Positions 25,487 through 37,170 of a DNA stretch of 64,000 nt are shown here, piece by piece. The DNA lies in the NCBI RefSeq assembly GCF_018350175.1, contig NC_058370.1, positions 15,438,001-15,502,000 of the forward strand, given 5' to 3'. Numbering within the stretch: the stretch's first letter is position 1; each line of letters opens with the position of its first letter. The position numbers were made by a program, and so were the translations under genes. This DNA is from Felis catus. Its lineage: Eukaryota. Below the pieces are notes generated by a model that saw only the letters and a list, made by a program, of their open reading frames with translations, did not search any database and was not told where the DNA came from.

Positions 25487-26389
25487 AAAGAAATTGAATC
25501 TGTAGTCAATGCAACACACACACACACACCTCTTAAAAAAAAAAAAAAAGAAAGAAATATCTAGGCCCAGATGGTTTCACTGGAGAGATCCACCCAATGT
25601 TTATCAGGAGAATTATGTAGAAGAATTAATACCAATTCTATACAATCTCTTTTAGAAAATGGAATAGGAAGGAACCCTTCTCAACATATTTTAGGAGCTT
25701 GGTATTACCAGACCCAGACAAAGACAGTACCAAAACACAACACAATAGACATATTTCATCTAAGTTATCAAATTTGAGGGCATGGAGTTGTTCATGATAT
25801 TCCTTTATTATCCTCTTGATGCCCCTAGGATCAATAGTGGTGGTCCCTCTTAAATTTCTGATATTGGTAATTTGTATCTTCTTTCTTTTTGTTCTTGGTT
25901 AGGTTGGCTAGAGATCTGTTTATTTTTACCTTTTCAAAGAACAATTTGTGGGGTTCATTGATTTTCTCTACTGTTTTCCTGTTTTAATTTCATTGATTTC
26001 TGCTCTAATTTTTATTATTTTTCTTTTGCTTGCTTTAGGCTTAAATTGCCCTTCTTTCTCTAATTTTGTAAGATGAAAACTTAGATTGATTTCTGATCTT
26101 TCCTCTTTTCTAGTATATGCACTAGTACTATAAACTTCCTCCTAAACACAGTCTTCACTGCACCCTACACTTTTGATAACTTGTATTTTCACTTTTGTGT
26201 AGTTCAAAATATTTTAAAATTTCTCTTGAGATTTCTTCTTTGATCCATGTTATTCAGTAGCAGATTGTTTAATAATATCCAGGACTTTCCCAACTATCTG
26301 TTATTGGCCTCTAATTTAATTCCATTGTGGTTTGAGAACATACTTTGTATGATTTCTATTCTTTTAAAAATCTGTTCAGGTGTGTTTTT

Positions 26390-26610
26390 TTAAAAAAAAT
26401 TTTTTAATGTTTATTTATTTTTGAGACAGAGAGAGACAGAGCATGAACAGGGGAGGGGCAGAGAGAGAGAGGGACACACAGAATTGGAAGCAGGCTCCAG
26501 GCTCTGAGCCATCAGCCCAGAGCCTGACGCCGGGCTCGAACTCACGGACCGTGAGATTGTGACCTGAGCTGAAGTCGGACGCTCAACCGACTGAGCCACC
26601 CAGGCGCCCC
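26390..26610 (-). mobile_element. Can-SINE (SINEC_Fc-like) with TSD
   Basis: Flanked by ttcaggtgtgtttt duplicates. Confidence 0.92.
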
Positions 26611-27123
26611 AATTCAGGTGTGTTTTATACCCTGGAATGTGCTCTATCATGANNNNNNNNNNNNNNNNNNNNNNNNNNNNNNNNNNNNNNNNNNNNNNNN
26701 NNNNNNNNNNNNNNNNNNNNNNNNNNNNNNNNNNNNNNNNNNNNNNNNNNNNNNNNNNNNNNNNNNNNNNNNNNNNNNNNNNNNNNNNNNNATTACTGAA
26801 AGAGAGGTGTTGAAGTCTCCAACTATAACAGTGTATTTGTTTATTTCTCCTTGGAGTTCTACTGGTTTTTGCCTCACATGTTTTGACACTCTATTGTTAG
26901 GGGCATATATATTAAAGATTATTATGTCTTCTTGGATATGGACTCCTTTATTATTATTTAACAATCTTCTTTATCCCTGATAATGTTTCTTGTTCTAAAG
27001 TCTGCTTTATCTGAAATTAATATAGCTATTCCAGCTTTCCTTTGACTGTGTGAACATGGTATGTCTTTCTCTATCCCTTTATTGTTAAACTATCTTCAGC
27101 TTTATATTTAAAGTGGGGTTCTT

Positions 27124-27332
27124 GAGGCACCTGGGTGGCTCAGCTGGTTGAGCGTCTGACTTTGGCTTAGGTCATGATCTCACAGTTCACAGGTATGAGC
27201 CCCACGTTGGGCTTTGCACTGATAGCACTGAGCCTGCTTCGGATTCTCTATCTCTCTCTTTCTCTGCCCCTCCCTGCTTGTGTTCTCTCACTCTCAAAAA
27301 TGAATAAACATTAAAAAAATTTTAGTAAAAAA
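27124..27332 (+). mobile_element. Can-SINE with TSD
   Basis: Flanked by taaagtggggttct duplicates. Confidence 0.9.
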
Positions 27333-27755
27333 TAAAGTGGGGTTCTCTTAGACAACATATAATTAGGTCTTGGGTTTTTTTTTTTGTTTTGTTTTGTTTT
27401 TTTGCTTTATTTTGTTTTTTGTCTACTCTAACAGTTCCAGTCTCTTAATTAGAATATATTTAGGCCATTCACATTTAAATTCATCACTGATATAATTGGC
27501 ATAATATCTACTATGCTTATAACTATTTTCTATTTGTTGTACTTGTTCTTTCTTTTCCTTCTTTCCCTCTTTTTCTGCCTTCTTTTGCTTTGAGCATTTT
27601 ACATGATTCTATTTTCTCTCCTTTCTTAGCCTACCAATTATACTTCTTTTTAAAAAAAATTTTAGTCATTTCTCTAGAGTCTGTAATATATATTTACAAC
27701 TATTTTAAGTCCCCTCTCAAATACTACCTTGCCAGTTCAAGAGTAATACATGTAA

Positions 27756-28292
27756 CATATAAAGGACCCATAGCCCTCACAAAAATAGACACAGAAATCT
27801 TCAACAAAATATTACCAAATATTCAATCCAAAATTACATAAAAAGTGTTCAACACCAAAACCCAGTGGGGTTTATTCAGGCATGCAGGCCTACTTCAATA
27901 TTCAAATATCAATTAATATAATCTACCATAGTAATGAACTAAAGAAGAAAAAAATCACATGACCATATTGACTCATGCAGAAAAATCATTAGACAAAAGC
28001 CAATGCCATTATTATAAAAACTCTCAACAAACTAGCAATAGAGGGTAACTTTGAACTTGATATAGAGCATCTACAGAAAACCTACAGCTAACATCATATT
28101 TACTGGTGAAAGATAAGATCAAGAATAAGGCAAGGATAACTGCTCTCATTACCTTTATGCAATGTGGTGCTGGAAGTTCTAGCTAGCAAAATAAGACAAG
28201 AAAAGGAAATTAAGGTATTACAGATGGGAGAAAATATTTTCAAATCATACATGTTACAAAGGACTTGACTCTAGAATATGTAAACAACTCTC
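27756..28292 (+). mobile_element. Old L1 ORF2 RT-region remnant (continuation of the host L1)
   Basis: aaatcttcaacaaaatatta...gcagaaaaatcattagacaaa...aaacctacagctaacatcat resembles the L1 RT coding region. Confidence 0.75.
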
Positions 28293-28307
28293 AAAACTCA
28301 ACAGTAG

Positions 28308-30231
28308 CACCAACATTCTTCACAGAGTTAGAGCAAACAATTCTAAAATTTGGATGGAACCAGAAAGGATCCCAAATAGCCAAAGTAACATTGAAAGAGA
28401 AAACCAAAGCTGAAGGCATCACAATTCCAGACTTCAAGCTGTCTTACAAAGCTGTAATCCTCAAGATAGTATGGTACTGGCACAAAAACAGACACATAGA
28501 TCAATGGAACAGAATAGAGAACCCAGAAATGGACCCACAAACATATGGCCAACTAATCTTCAACAAAGCAGGAAAGAATATCCAATGGAAAAAAGACAGT
28601 CTGTTCAGCAGATGGTGTTGGGAAAACTGGACAGTGACATTGCANNNNNNNNNNNNNNNNNNNNNNNNNNNNNNNNNNNNNNNNNNNNNNNNNNNNNNNN
28701 NNNNNNNNNNNNNNNNNNNNNNNNNNNNNNNNNNNNNNNNNNNNNNNNNNNNNNNNNNNNNNNNNNNNNNNNNNNNNNNNNNNNNNNNNNNNNNNNNNNN
28801 NNNNNNNNNNNNNNNNNNNNNNNNNNNNNNNNNNNNNNTGTCAGCGCAGAGCCCGACATGGGGCTTGATCCCAGGAACCATGAGATAATGTCCTGAGTTG
28901 AAATCAAGAGTTGAATGCTCAACCAACTGAGCCACCCAGGTGCCCTTAGACCACTTTCTTATACCATACACAAAATAAACTCAAAATGGATGAAAGCCCT
29001 AAACATAAGACAGGAAACCATCAAAATCCTAAAGGAGAAAACAGGCAACAACCTCTTTGACCTCCACCTCAGTAACTTCCTACTTGACATGTCTCCAGAG
29101 GCAATGGAAACAAAAGCAAAAATGAACTATCGGGACCTCATCAAGATAAAAGACTTCTGCAAAGTAAAGGCAACTGTCAGCAAAACTAAAAGGCAACCAA
29201 TGTAATGGGAAATGATACTTGCAAGTGACATATCAGATAAAGGGTTAGCATCTAAAATCTATAAGGAACTTATCAAACTCAACACCCAAAAAACAAATAA
29301 TCCAAATGGGCAAAAGACATGAATAGACACTTTTCCAAAGAAGACATCCAAAAGGCTAACACACACATGAAAATATGNNNNNNNNNNNNNNNNNNNNNNN
29401 NNNNNNNNNNNNNNNNNNNNNNNNNNNNNNNNNNNNNNNNNNNNNNNNNNNNNNNNNNNNNNNNNNNNNNNNNNNNNNNNNNNNNNNNNNNNNNNNNNNN
29501 NNNNNNNNNNNNNNNNNNNNNNNNNNNNNNNNNNNNNNNNNNNNNNNNNNNNNNNNNNNNNNNNNNNNNNNNNNNNNNNNNNNNNNNNNNNNNNNNNNNN
29601 NNNNNNNNNNNNNNNNNNNNNNNNNNNNNNNNNNNNNNNNNNNNNNNNNNNNNNNTTTGAAGCACATGCACCCTAATATTTATAGCCGCACTATCAACAA
29701 TAGCCAAAGTATGAAAAGAGCCCAAATGTCCATCAACTGATGAATGGATAAAGAAGATGTATCAATATACATTATAGAATATTACTATATTACATTATAA
29801 ATCTTACTCAGCAATCAAAAAAAAATGAAATCTTGCCATTTGCAACAACATGGATGGAACGAGTGTATTAGGCTAAGTGAAATAAGTTGGTCAGAGAGAG
29901 ACAAATATCATGTGATTTCACTCATATGTGGAATTTAAGAAACAAAACAGGTGAACATAGGGGAAGGGAAGGAAAAATAAGATAAAAACAGAAAGGGAGA
30001 CAAACGAGAAGAGATTCTAAAATATACAGAACAGACTCAGAGTTGCTGGTGGGGTGTTGGGTGGGGGGATAGGCTAAACGAGCAATGGGCATTAAGGAGG
30101 GCACTTGCTGGGATGAGCACCGGGTGTTATACGTAAGTGATGAATCACTAAATTCCTGAAATCATTATTACACTGTATGTTAACTAACTTGGATTTAAGT
30201 AATAATTAATTAATTAATTAATTAATTTTTA
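28308..30231 (+). mobile_element. 5'-truncated carnivore L1 (ORF2 C-terminus and 3' UTR) with TSD
   Basis: [17 protein letters not shown]...GITIPDFKL...[16 protein letters not shown]...WCWENW; TSD aaaactcaacagtag (28293-28307) / aaaactcagcagtag (30232-30246); contains a partial antisense SINE at about 28840-28946. Confidence 0.9.
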
Positions 30232-30424
30232 AAAACTCAGCAGTAGACAAACAATCCAATTAGAAAATGGACAAAACCCAGATGTTTTATCAAAGAGAAT
30301 ACAGAAATGGCAAATAACACAATAAAATATGTTCAGCATCAATAGCCATTAGGGAAATGCAAGTTAAAACCATGATGAGGTATCACTACACACTTACGAG
30401 AATCATTTAAAAAAATAATGACCA

Positions 30425-30691
30425 GGGGCGCCTGGGTGGCGCAGTCGGTTAAGCATCCGACTTCAGCCAGGTCACGATCTCGCGGTCCGTGAGTTCGAGC
30501 CCCGCGTCAGGCTCTGGGCTGATGGCTCAGAGCCTGGAGCCTGTTTCCGATTCTGTGTCTCCCTCTCTCTCTGCCCCTCCCCCGTTCATGCTCTGTCTCT
30601 CTCTGTCCCAAAAATGGATAAACGTTGAAAAAAAAAAATTTAAATGAAGGGACCTCTGTGTAGTATCTTAAAAATAAATAAATAAATAATA
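30425..30691 (+). mobile_element. Young SINEC_Fc-like SINE with extra 3' segment
   Basis: CpG-intact felid-type SINE; 16-bp TSD aaaaaaataatgacca at 30409-30424 and 30692-30707. Confidence 0.93.
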
Positions 30692-30711
30692 AAAAAAATA
30701 ATGACCATAGT

Positions 30712-30935
30712 GGGGCGCCTGGGTGGCACAGTCAGTTAAGCATCCAACTCTTGATCTCGGCTCAGGTCGTGATCTCACAGTTTGTGCGTTCCAGCCCCAC
30801 ACTGGGCTCTGTGCTCATGGCGTGCAGCCTGCCTGGGATTCTGTCTCTCCTTCTCTCTGCCCCTCCCCTGCTTGTGCCCTCTGTCTGCTCTCAAAATACA
30901 TAAATAAACTTTAAAAATTTTAATAAATAAAAATA
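30712..30935 (+). mobile_element. Can-SINE (older)
   Basis: Head ggggcgcctgggtggcacagtc; degenerate TSD aaaaaataatgaccata / aaaaaataggaaccata. Confidence 0.88.
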
Positions 30936-31951
30936 AAAAAATAGGAACCATACCAAAAGCAGATCAGGATGCAGAAAAAACCGATCATTCATACATTGCT
31001 GGTGAGAATGTAAAATAATATAGTCACTCTGGAAAATAGTTTGTGTCTTCTTAGAAAACTAAACAGACACTAGCAATCGCACTCCTTATGGAGAAATGAA
31101 AACTATGTCCATGCAAAAATCCATACATGAATGTTCACAGCAGCTTTACTTGTAACAGCTCTAAATTAGAAACAACTCGAATGTTCTTCAGTAAGGGAAT
31201 GGTTAAATAAACTGTGGTACATTCTATACTCTGGAATAAAACTCAACAACAAAAAACCCAAACTATTGATACATGCAATAACTGAGTGGATGTTGAGGGC
31301 ATTCTTCTGAGTGAAAAAAAAAAACCGCCAAACTCGAGCCAGAGCAGGCAGAGGAGCCAGGAGTAGTGGGGTGGACAGAAGGGAGAGGGGAGAGCGAGTG
31401 TCCTTCACAGCTTCCCTCTCAAGCCACCTCCAGGTTTCTGGCCTGGGTCACAGCATGTTAACCTTCCCCCTTCACCCTAATAATAAAGGACGTTGACATG
31501 CACGAAGTTGTTCTGCAGCCTAGGCTTGGTCCATCACCCCTAAAAGGCAGAGCTAAGCACCCTCTACGCACGTGTCTCTGCCCTAGAGGCGGTGTATTGG
31601 AGAGTGGTTCTCACACTCGGCTGGGTATCAGACCGGCCGGCTGAATGGGGTGGTGCCCGGGGAAGCTGTGTTCCACAGGCTCTTCCAATTCCTGATGTGG
31701 CCAGCTAGGCAGATCCTTCAGAGCAGCCCTCATCTCTCCCTGCTCTTCACCACAGCCCCTCCCTGTCCTCATCTCCTGCCGCCACTAGTCTCCCCTTCTC
31801 TCACCTCCTTCGGGCCCTTGCTCACATCTCTTCTGGTCAGTGAATGCTTCCCGTTCCATCCATTTTAATATGGCAAACATTCTGCCTTTGCTCTCCCACT
31901 GCCCTCTGCCCCGTTTACTTTTCTTCCCACACTTATTTCTCTCTGACAGGA

Positions 31952-32950
31952 CAGTGGTGTGCTGGAACTGACTCATAAGAGCTTGCAAAAGCCTATTACA
32001 CTCTTACAAGCTCTGCTGGCTGGTTGTTACGCCTAGCCATCATTAAAAATCAAATTACACAAACTTAATTAAATTAATGATATTAAAAACAAAGGCAAAA
32101 AATGCTCAAACTCATCACTTCGTAATTGTTTGCTACCTTTTGTTATTTATTATCTATGTTCCTGAGAGTCTTCACTGTTGTGGAAATATATAATCATATG
32201 CTACTATGCATTTCCATTCAATTCTCTATTCAGTGATATCTCATTGGTAGCTTGAATTCAGCCCTGGTAGGAGTATTCACACCCAAACATAGGTACGTTA
32301 TAAATCAGGTTTATTATTTTGTCGATTGTCTGCACCAGGGGTTGATCATGGCCCAAATCCAGCCCAACTACTTTTGTAAATAAAGTTTTATTGCAACACA
32401 GCCATGCCTACTCATTTGCATACCATCTGTGGCTGCTTTCACCCTACAATAGCAGAGCTGAGCAGGTACAATTATATGGCCTGCAAAGCTTGACCTGTTT
32501 ACTATCTTGCCCTTTACAGAAGAAACTTGCCCACCCATGGTCTAGCCTTAACATCTAACGGAGGAGATGTTAATAATGCAATTAAATGTAAACACATATG
32601 TCCTGTCTCTAGCTACTACATTGTAAACAGCACACACACCAAAAAAAATTGAGAAAACATACTGCCGGTATTTGAAAACTGATCCAATACAGCAAATAAG
32701 TCGATATGTCATTAGTGAATAAGTGAAATTCCAACATTTTATTCTTTCACTTTTTTACTTTCTTCCTCCTGAAAATGTCAACATTTATGTTGGAGCTACA
32801 TTTGTTCATCCATAACAACCATAGATTGGCTATGGGTAGGAGTTAGGCAGGACCCAGGAAAAGCATACTGTTAAGAATGAACTGGCTCTTTGGAATTTAC
32901 AATAAAGAGTATTGTAGAATTTTATTATTTTATATTTGTATTGGTAAAAC
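31952..32950 (+). mobile_element. MER63-like hAT transposon with nested MER58-like element (about 32335-32540)
   Basis: Starts cagtggtgtgctgga; internal cattggtagcttgaa...ggagtatt; nested aataaagttttattgcaacacagccatg...ccctttacagaa. Confidence 0.7.
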
Positions 32951-33562
32951 TTATAATACACACACAGAGGCAAACACATTTTGCTTTACAAGCACGCGTA
33001 CTGTTTTGTTTCCCCTCCAGCAGAATGTAAACTCCTTGAGAGGAAGAATGTTCTTTTATCCCAGTGCTTAGAACACCTGACATGTAGCACGTGCACAGTC
33101 AACATAGGACGGGAGAGAACAGATGAGCATAGTTGGGAACCCCTGGTTTCATGCATTGACTGTCAGACCTTAAATTTCCAGCTCCACCATTATCCACATG
33201 TGTGGCCTTGAGTAAATTATTTAACCCCTTTGAACCCTGGCTTCTTTATTTAAAAAGAGGAGACAATTCTCTTACCTCACAGGGAGGTAAGAGAATGCCT
33301 CTACCTGGCACCTACTAGGGTTTTCCACAAATGGGAGTTTCCTCCTCACCCTCCACCCCTGCCACACACATACTCCTTGGAGACCCAGCCCTGCTGCTGT
33401 CACAAATTTCAGTGATGTCACAGCCCCCCTCCCTGGAAGCTCCAGCACAGCCCTCCTGACAGCCAGCCTGAGTGCTGGCCGAACTGAGAGGGGCAGGGTG
33501 CAGGTGGTACCTGATTCCAGTCTTGCCCCAGATATCTGTCTTTGAGGCCTCACGGCCCCAGT

Positions 33563-33610
33563 ATGAGTCCATCAGCAAGGAAGAGGCCCAAGAATAGAAT
33601 GGTTTCCAAG
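33563..33610 (+). CDS. TP53TG5: TP53-target gene 5 protein, exon 1
   Basis: MSPSARKRPKNRMVSK matches recalled human MSPSAKKRPKNSRVSK; AAG|GTTGGA donor; not in ORF track because short. Confidence 0.85.
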
Positions 33611-33890
33611 GTTGGACTTGGGAACGCACATGGAGGGGGTCCAGCCACACCCAGAGCAGGGGCCATCCAGCCTGGGGGAAAGGGAGAGGTGAAGGGTGAA
33701 GAGTGAAGAGAGAGCAGGAGAGTTAGAATGGTCTCCCCATTTCTGCCCCAAACCAAGACAAAAATCCCAGTCTAAGTTTGGTCAAACCACGCTCAGCCAA
33801 ATGGAACAGCATAGTGGAGGTGTTCAGGGGGATTCCTCCTATATTAGCGCTCTCTCTGTGTCTCTCCGTCTCTCTATGTCTCTCTCTCAG

Positions 33891-33965
33891 CTACAAGATG
33901 AAGAACCACGGGACAAGATACCGCAACCTGTCAGCAAAGCAATTAGGCGGAACCGACTTAAGATG
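33891..33965 (+). CDS. TP53TG5: TP53TG5 exon 2
   Basis: LQDEEPRDKIPQPVSKAIRRNRLKM; long (CT) polypyrimidine tract and cag acceptor, GTGAG donor. Confidence 0.9.
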
Positions 33966-34124
33966 GTGAGATGCCCCATTTTGGTCCCTCCTGGTTGCCA
34001 GGCTTCTAGTGACCCAGAAGTCACCAGGCCCAGCCCTGACCTGAGTTGAGCCAAAGTCTAGGTGGGTTGTGGGAGACTACAGAAAGCTGAAGCTTCTCTC
34101 TTCCTTGTTTCTTGACCCCGGCAG

Positions 34125-34255
34125 GTATTAAAAAACTTGTCGCTCTTGAAGCTGCTCAAGAGCTCAAACCCCCGGATCCAAGAACTGCATAACTTGGCCA
34201 AAAGGTGTTGGAATTCATTGCTCAGAGTTCCAAAGATCCTTGGGATCTCCACCAG
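34125..34255 (+). CDS. TP53TG5: TP53TG5 exon 3
   Basis: VLKNLSLLKLLKSSNPRIQELHNLAKRCWNSLLRVPKILGIST; gcag acceptor, GTGAG donor; 131 nt. Confidence 0.93.
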
Positions 34256-35716
34256 GTGAGCTTGGCCCACCATGCCCCCACCACAGACCCTACAGCTATC
34301 TTTACTAGGAATAGGCACAATCTATATATGCTAAGAAATTAAGAAAACCTAATTTTTACAAAGGCTCTGTGAGAAAGGTATTTATTAGCCCCATTTTACT
34401 GATGGGGAGCTGAGGCTCAAGAGATAAAGCGACTTGTCCCAGCTACCTGAGCTGGTAAGTGGCAGAGCTAGGATCTGAAGCCATTCCTGTGTGATATCAG
34501 AGCTGTGGTCCTAATCATGGTCACAATCATCCAATTATGGGACTAACCACCAGCCAGGGCACCACCCAAGCAAGAGGGGCCGCTCATCCTCCTCACCCTC
34601 AAGTCCACACAACGCAGAGATTCACCTGCAGACCAGTCACCTTACTAAGGCTTGGCTTCCTCATAAATCACACCAGAATATTAAGAAAGTTGACATTAGG
34701 CACCTGCTAAGTGCCAGGTATATGCTAAGCACTTCACAAGCATTTCCCAGTTACATAATTCTTCACAATTAGGTAGATAGAATTATCCCAGTTTTACAGA
34801 TGAGAAAACTAAGGCTCTTAGAGGTTGAATTTCTTTCCCCAAACGCACAGATGGTAAGAGGCAGAAGCGAATTTGAACGCCAGTTTGTCAACCTTGAAAA
34901 CCTTTGCTTGCAAAGCCACTCGGCCACTTCGCTGCCCCCTACTTTGGGGAACTGGTGTGAGAGTGTCCTGGGCCTGGCATGTAGCAGGCATTCAAGTCAC
35001 AATGGTGGCTGTTAACAGTACTGTCATTATCTTGAGGCTGAGTCCTCACTGATTCACACACTGAGCTAGGACAGTGCCACCACTGTACAGAGAACCCAAT
35101 GGTTCTCTACAGAGAACAGACACCCTTGGGGAAGGTCTCCTGCCAGCACTGAATACCTCTGGTTAACACCCCCTCTCTGGGCTCCTCACTCTGAGCTGGC
35201 CTCCTAGATGCTGGCAATCAGGAAACACTGAGCTGGTAAGGTCAGGCCTATCTCATCCCACAGTTTCCCAACCTGTTCAAAGCAGCACAACCTCTCTTCA
35301 AGTATCTGTCCTCAAGCCCCAGCTGTGTTGTTGGGTGGAAAGGTATCCTGCCCTCACCCTGCCCCTCCCAGAGCGGAGAGGGCATTTGAGATACCTCCCC
35401 AGAACCTTAAGGTTTCTTGGAACACAATTTGAAAACACTGGACTAGTTCACCCCTTCACCTGAAATCCAGAAAGGAAGAACCCTGGCCAGCAGCCCATGC
35501 AGACAACATACAGTCCTAGGGGTCCTAGCAACCTCTCCTGGCCCTTCGCCCATCCTTATCCCATCCCGTGCCTCCAGGCACATCCCCTGGTGGTGAAGCT
35601 TCTCTTCTGGTCCTCTCTAGCTTTCCCCCCTGAGCTGGCTGCATAGCAACTCTCTCAGGGTTGGAGGGTCAGGGCCTCAGTCCTGCTCTGCTGACTGTCT
35701 GCCCTCCCCCTGCCAG

Positions 35717-36284
35717 GAGCAGTAATGTCTGCGATAGAGTGGAACAAGATAATGAAGAGCTCCAAGAGGCTGGGTGCCCTGAGAAGACACTGGAATCCAA
35801 GAAATTACAGTCCACAGGGGAGCTCAAGCAGGGGTTGGGGGAGAAGAACAAGGCACAGGAGTCACCCGCAGCAGTGCTCCAGGGCAAAGAGCAGATGGAG
35901 CCTGAGCTCCCAAGGACATCGAAGGATCATGGCCTGACCACTTTCCCTGGAGCCCAGGGAAGGCAATCACCTAAAGGAGAACCCCGCACATCGAAGGATC
36001 ATGGCCTGACCACTTTCCCTGGAGCCCAGGGAAGGCAATCACCTAAAGGAGAACCCCGCATCATCTTCCTGAAGACCTACCAGCACAAAACTCCCATGGG
36101 GGACAAGCAGCAGCTGGAGGCAGCTGACCAGTGGATCTGGTTTGAGGGGTTGCCCACCCGAATCCACCTCCCCGGGCCTCGGGTGATGTGCAGATCGTCC
36201 ACCCTGCGCTGGGTCAAGCGCTGCTGCACGCGCTTCTGCTCTGCGTCACTCGAGCTGCCCATGTGCCATCCGTACAGAGTGTGA
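35717..36284 (+). CDS. TP53TG5: TP53TG5 exon 4 (ends HPYRV* if the weak donor at 36279 is not used)
   Basis: Conserved C-terminal block ADQWIWFEGLPTRIHLPGPRVMCRSSTLRWVKRCCTRFCSASLELPMCHPY; tgccag acceptor phase-compatible with exon 3. Confidence 0.92.
35916..36059 (+). repeat. Perfect 2 x 72-bp in-frame tandem duplication inside TP53TG5 exon 4
   Basis: 35916-35987 identical to 35988-36059; encodes TSKDHGLTTFPGAQGRQSPKGEPR twice. Confidence 0.97.
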
Positions 36285-36778
36285 CGACACCACTGCCAGG
36301 CCGGGGTGAGACCTGGGCCCAAGGGAGGCCTGGAGATGGGTCCCGGAGTCAGGGGCTCATGATCCAGACTCTTGGGGACTGTGGCTAGCAGTGCTGGGGG
36401 GGGGGGGCTCCTCCTGCATGCCCAGAGAGTTGGGGGGAAGCCATTGACCAAGGCCACATGGCAGGGAGATGACTAGGCTGGGGCCTCTCAAGATCCAAGC
36501 AGGGGTTCTGGGGAGGGGCACTGGAAGGTGGGCTCTAAGGTGGGTCATCTCACTGCCTGGAGGCCTCAGGAGGGTCCACAACTGCTATGGCTCAGAATCT
36601 CAGTCAGGAGTCTGAGTAAGGGACTTCAGGGATTTCCAAATGAAGAGGGGGGGGGGGAGGGGGGGCAGTCAAGTAGATCTCTGCTGTATCCTTTCCCCTT
36701 AGACCAAACCATCACCCACATTTGTTGCATTTATTCATGCCTCAAATAAGATTGACTCTGAACAAAAAGTTCCTCAGC

Positions 36779-36780
36779 GA

Positions 36781-36820
<40 letters not shown>

Positions 36821-36846
36821 AAAAGAAGAGAAAAGAAAAAGAAAAA
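36779..36846. repeat. (GAAA)n microsatellite
   Basis: Directly visible. Confidence 0.9.
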
Positions 36847-36990
36847 ATACTTCACCAATTGAGGTCCCAAGAGAGGAAGGGGTGATGGGCTTGGGGATCC
36901 AGCTGAAAGGGAGGCTTCCCCTTCACAAAACCCCTATCCCCAACCTGCTGGACTTAGGGCGCCCTGGTTCCTGAGCCCGCTCCCAGGGCG

Positions 36991-37009
36991 GCAGCTCCCC
37001 CTAGCGGCC
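36991..37009 (-). promoter_or_regulatory. Candidate CTCF site
   Basis: Minus strand GGCCGCTAGGGGGAGCTGC closely matches the CTCF core consensus. Confidence 0.6.
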
Positions 37010-37044
37010 GTCTTGGCTCCTAACACCAAGGTCTCTGCTCACAG

Positions 37045-37170
37045 GTGGTGTGACCTTGGACGGGAGCCAGAGGTGTGACAACGGAGACGGAGACGGTGCA
37101 ATCATCTGAGCGGGAGGGATGGGCGGGAAAATTCACGAGTGTACAAATAAAATCTCCCATAGGGACTGAA
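37045..37170 (+). other. TP53TG5: TP53TG5 terminal exon homolog (essentially 3' UTR here) with AATAAA at 37146-37151
   Basis: acag acceptor at 37043-37044; ends AAT TCA CGA GTG TAC AAA TAA (NSRVYK*) like the recalled human C-terminus, but the spliced frame hits TGA after two codons. Confidence 0.7.

Larger units (their letters stand above)
21200..25740 (+). mobile_element. Old L1 (ORF1, spacer, ORF2 remnants), interrupted by younger insertions
   Basis: Decayed ORF1-like (acagattcaagaagc...ataatcaaacttctgaaaac) and ORF2-like sequence, many stops. Confidence 0.75.
25750..27755 (-). mobile_element. Antisense L1 fragment (ORF2 endonuclease region) nested in the plus-strand L1
   Basis: ORF 26647-26964 gives QEDIIIFNIYAPNNRVSKHVRQ...TVIVGDFNTSLS, an L1 ORF2 APE endonuclease motif. 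Confidence 0.85.

Noticed and set aside
28265-29205. ORFs with reverse-transcriptase-associated L1 ORF2 motifs as a possible active or domesticated gene
   Set aside because: 5'-truncated, SINE-interrupted L1 with stop codons
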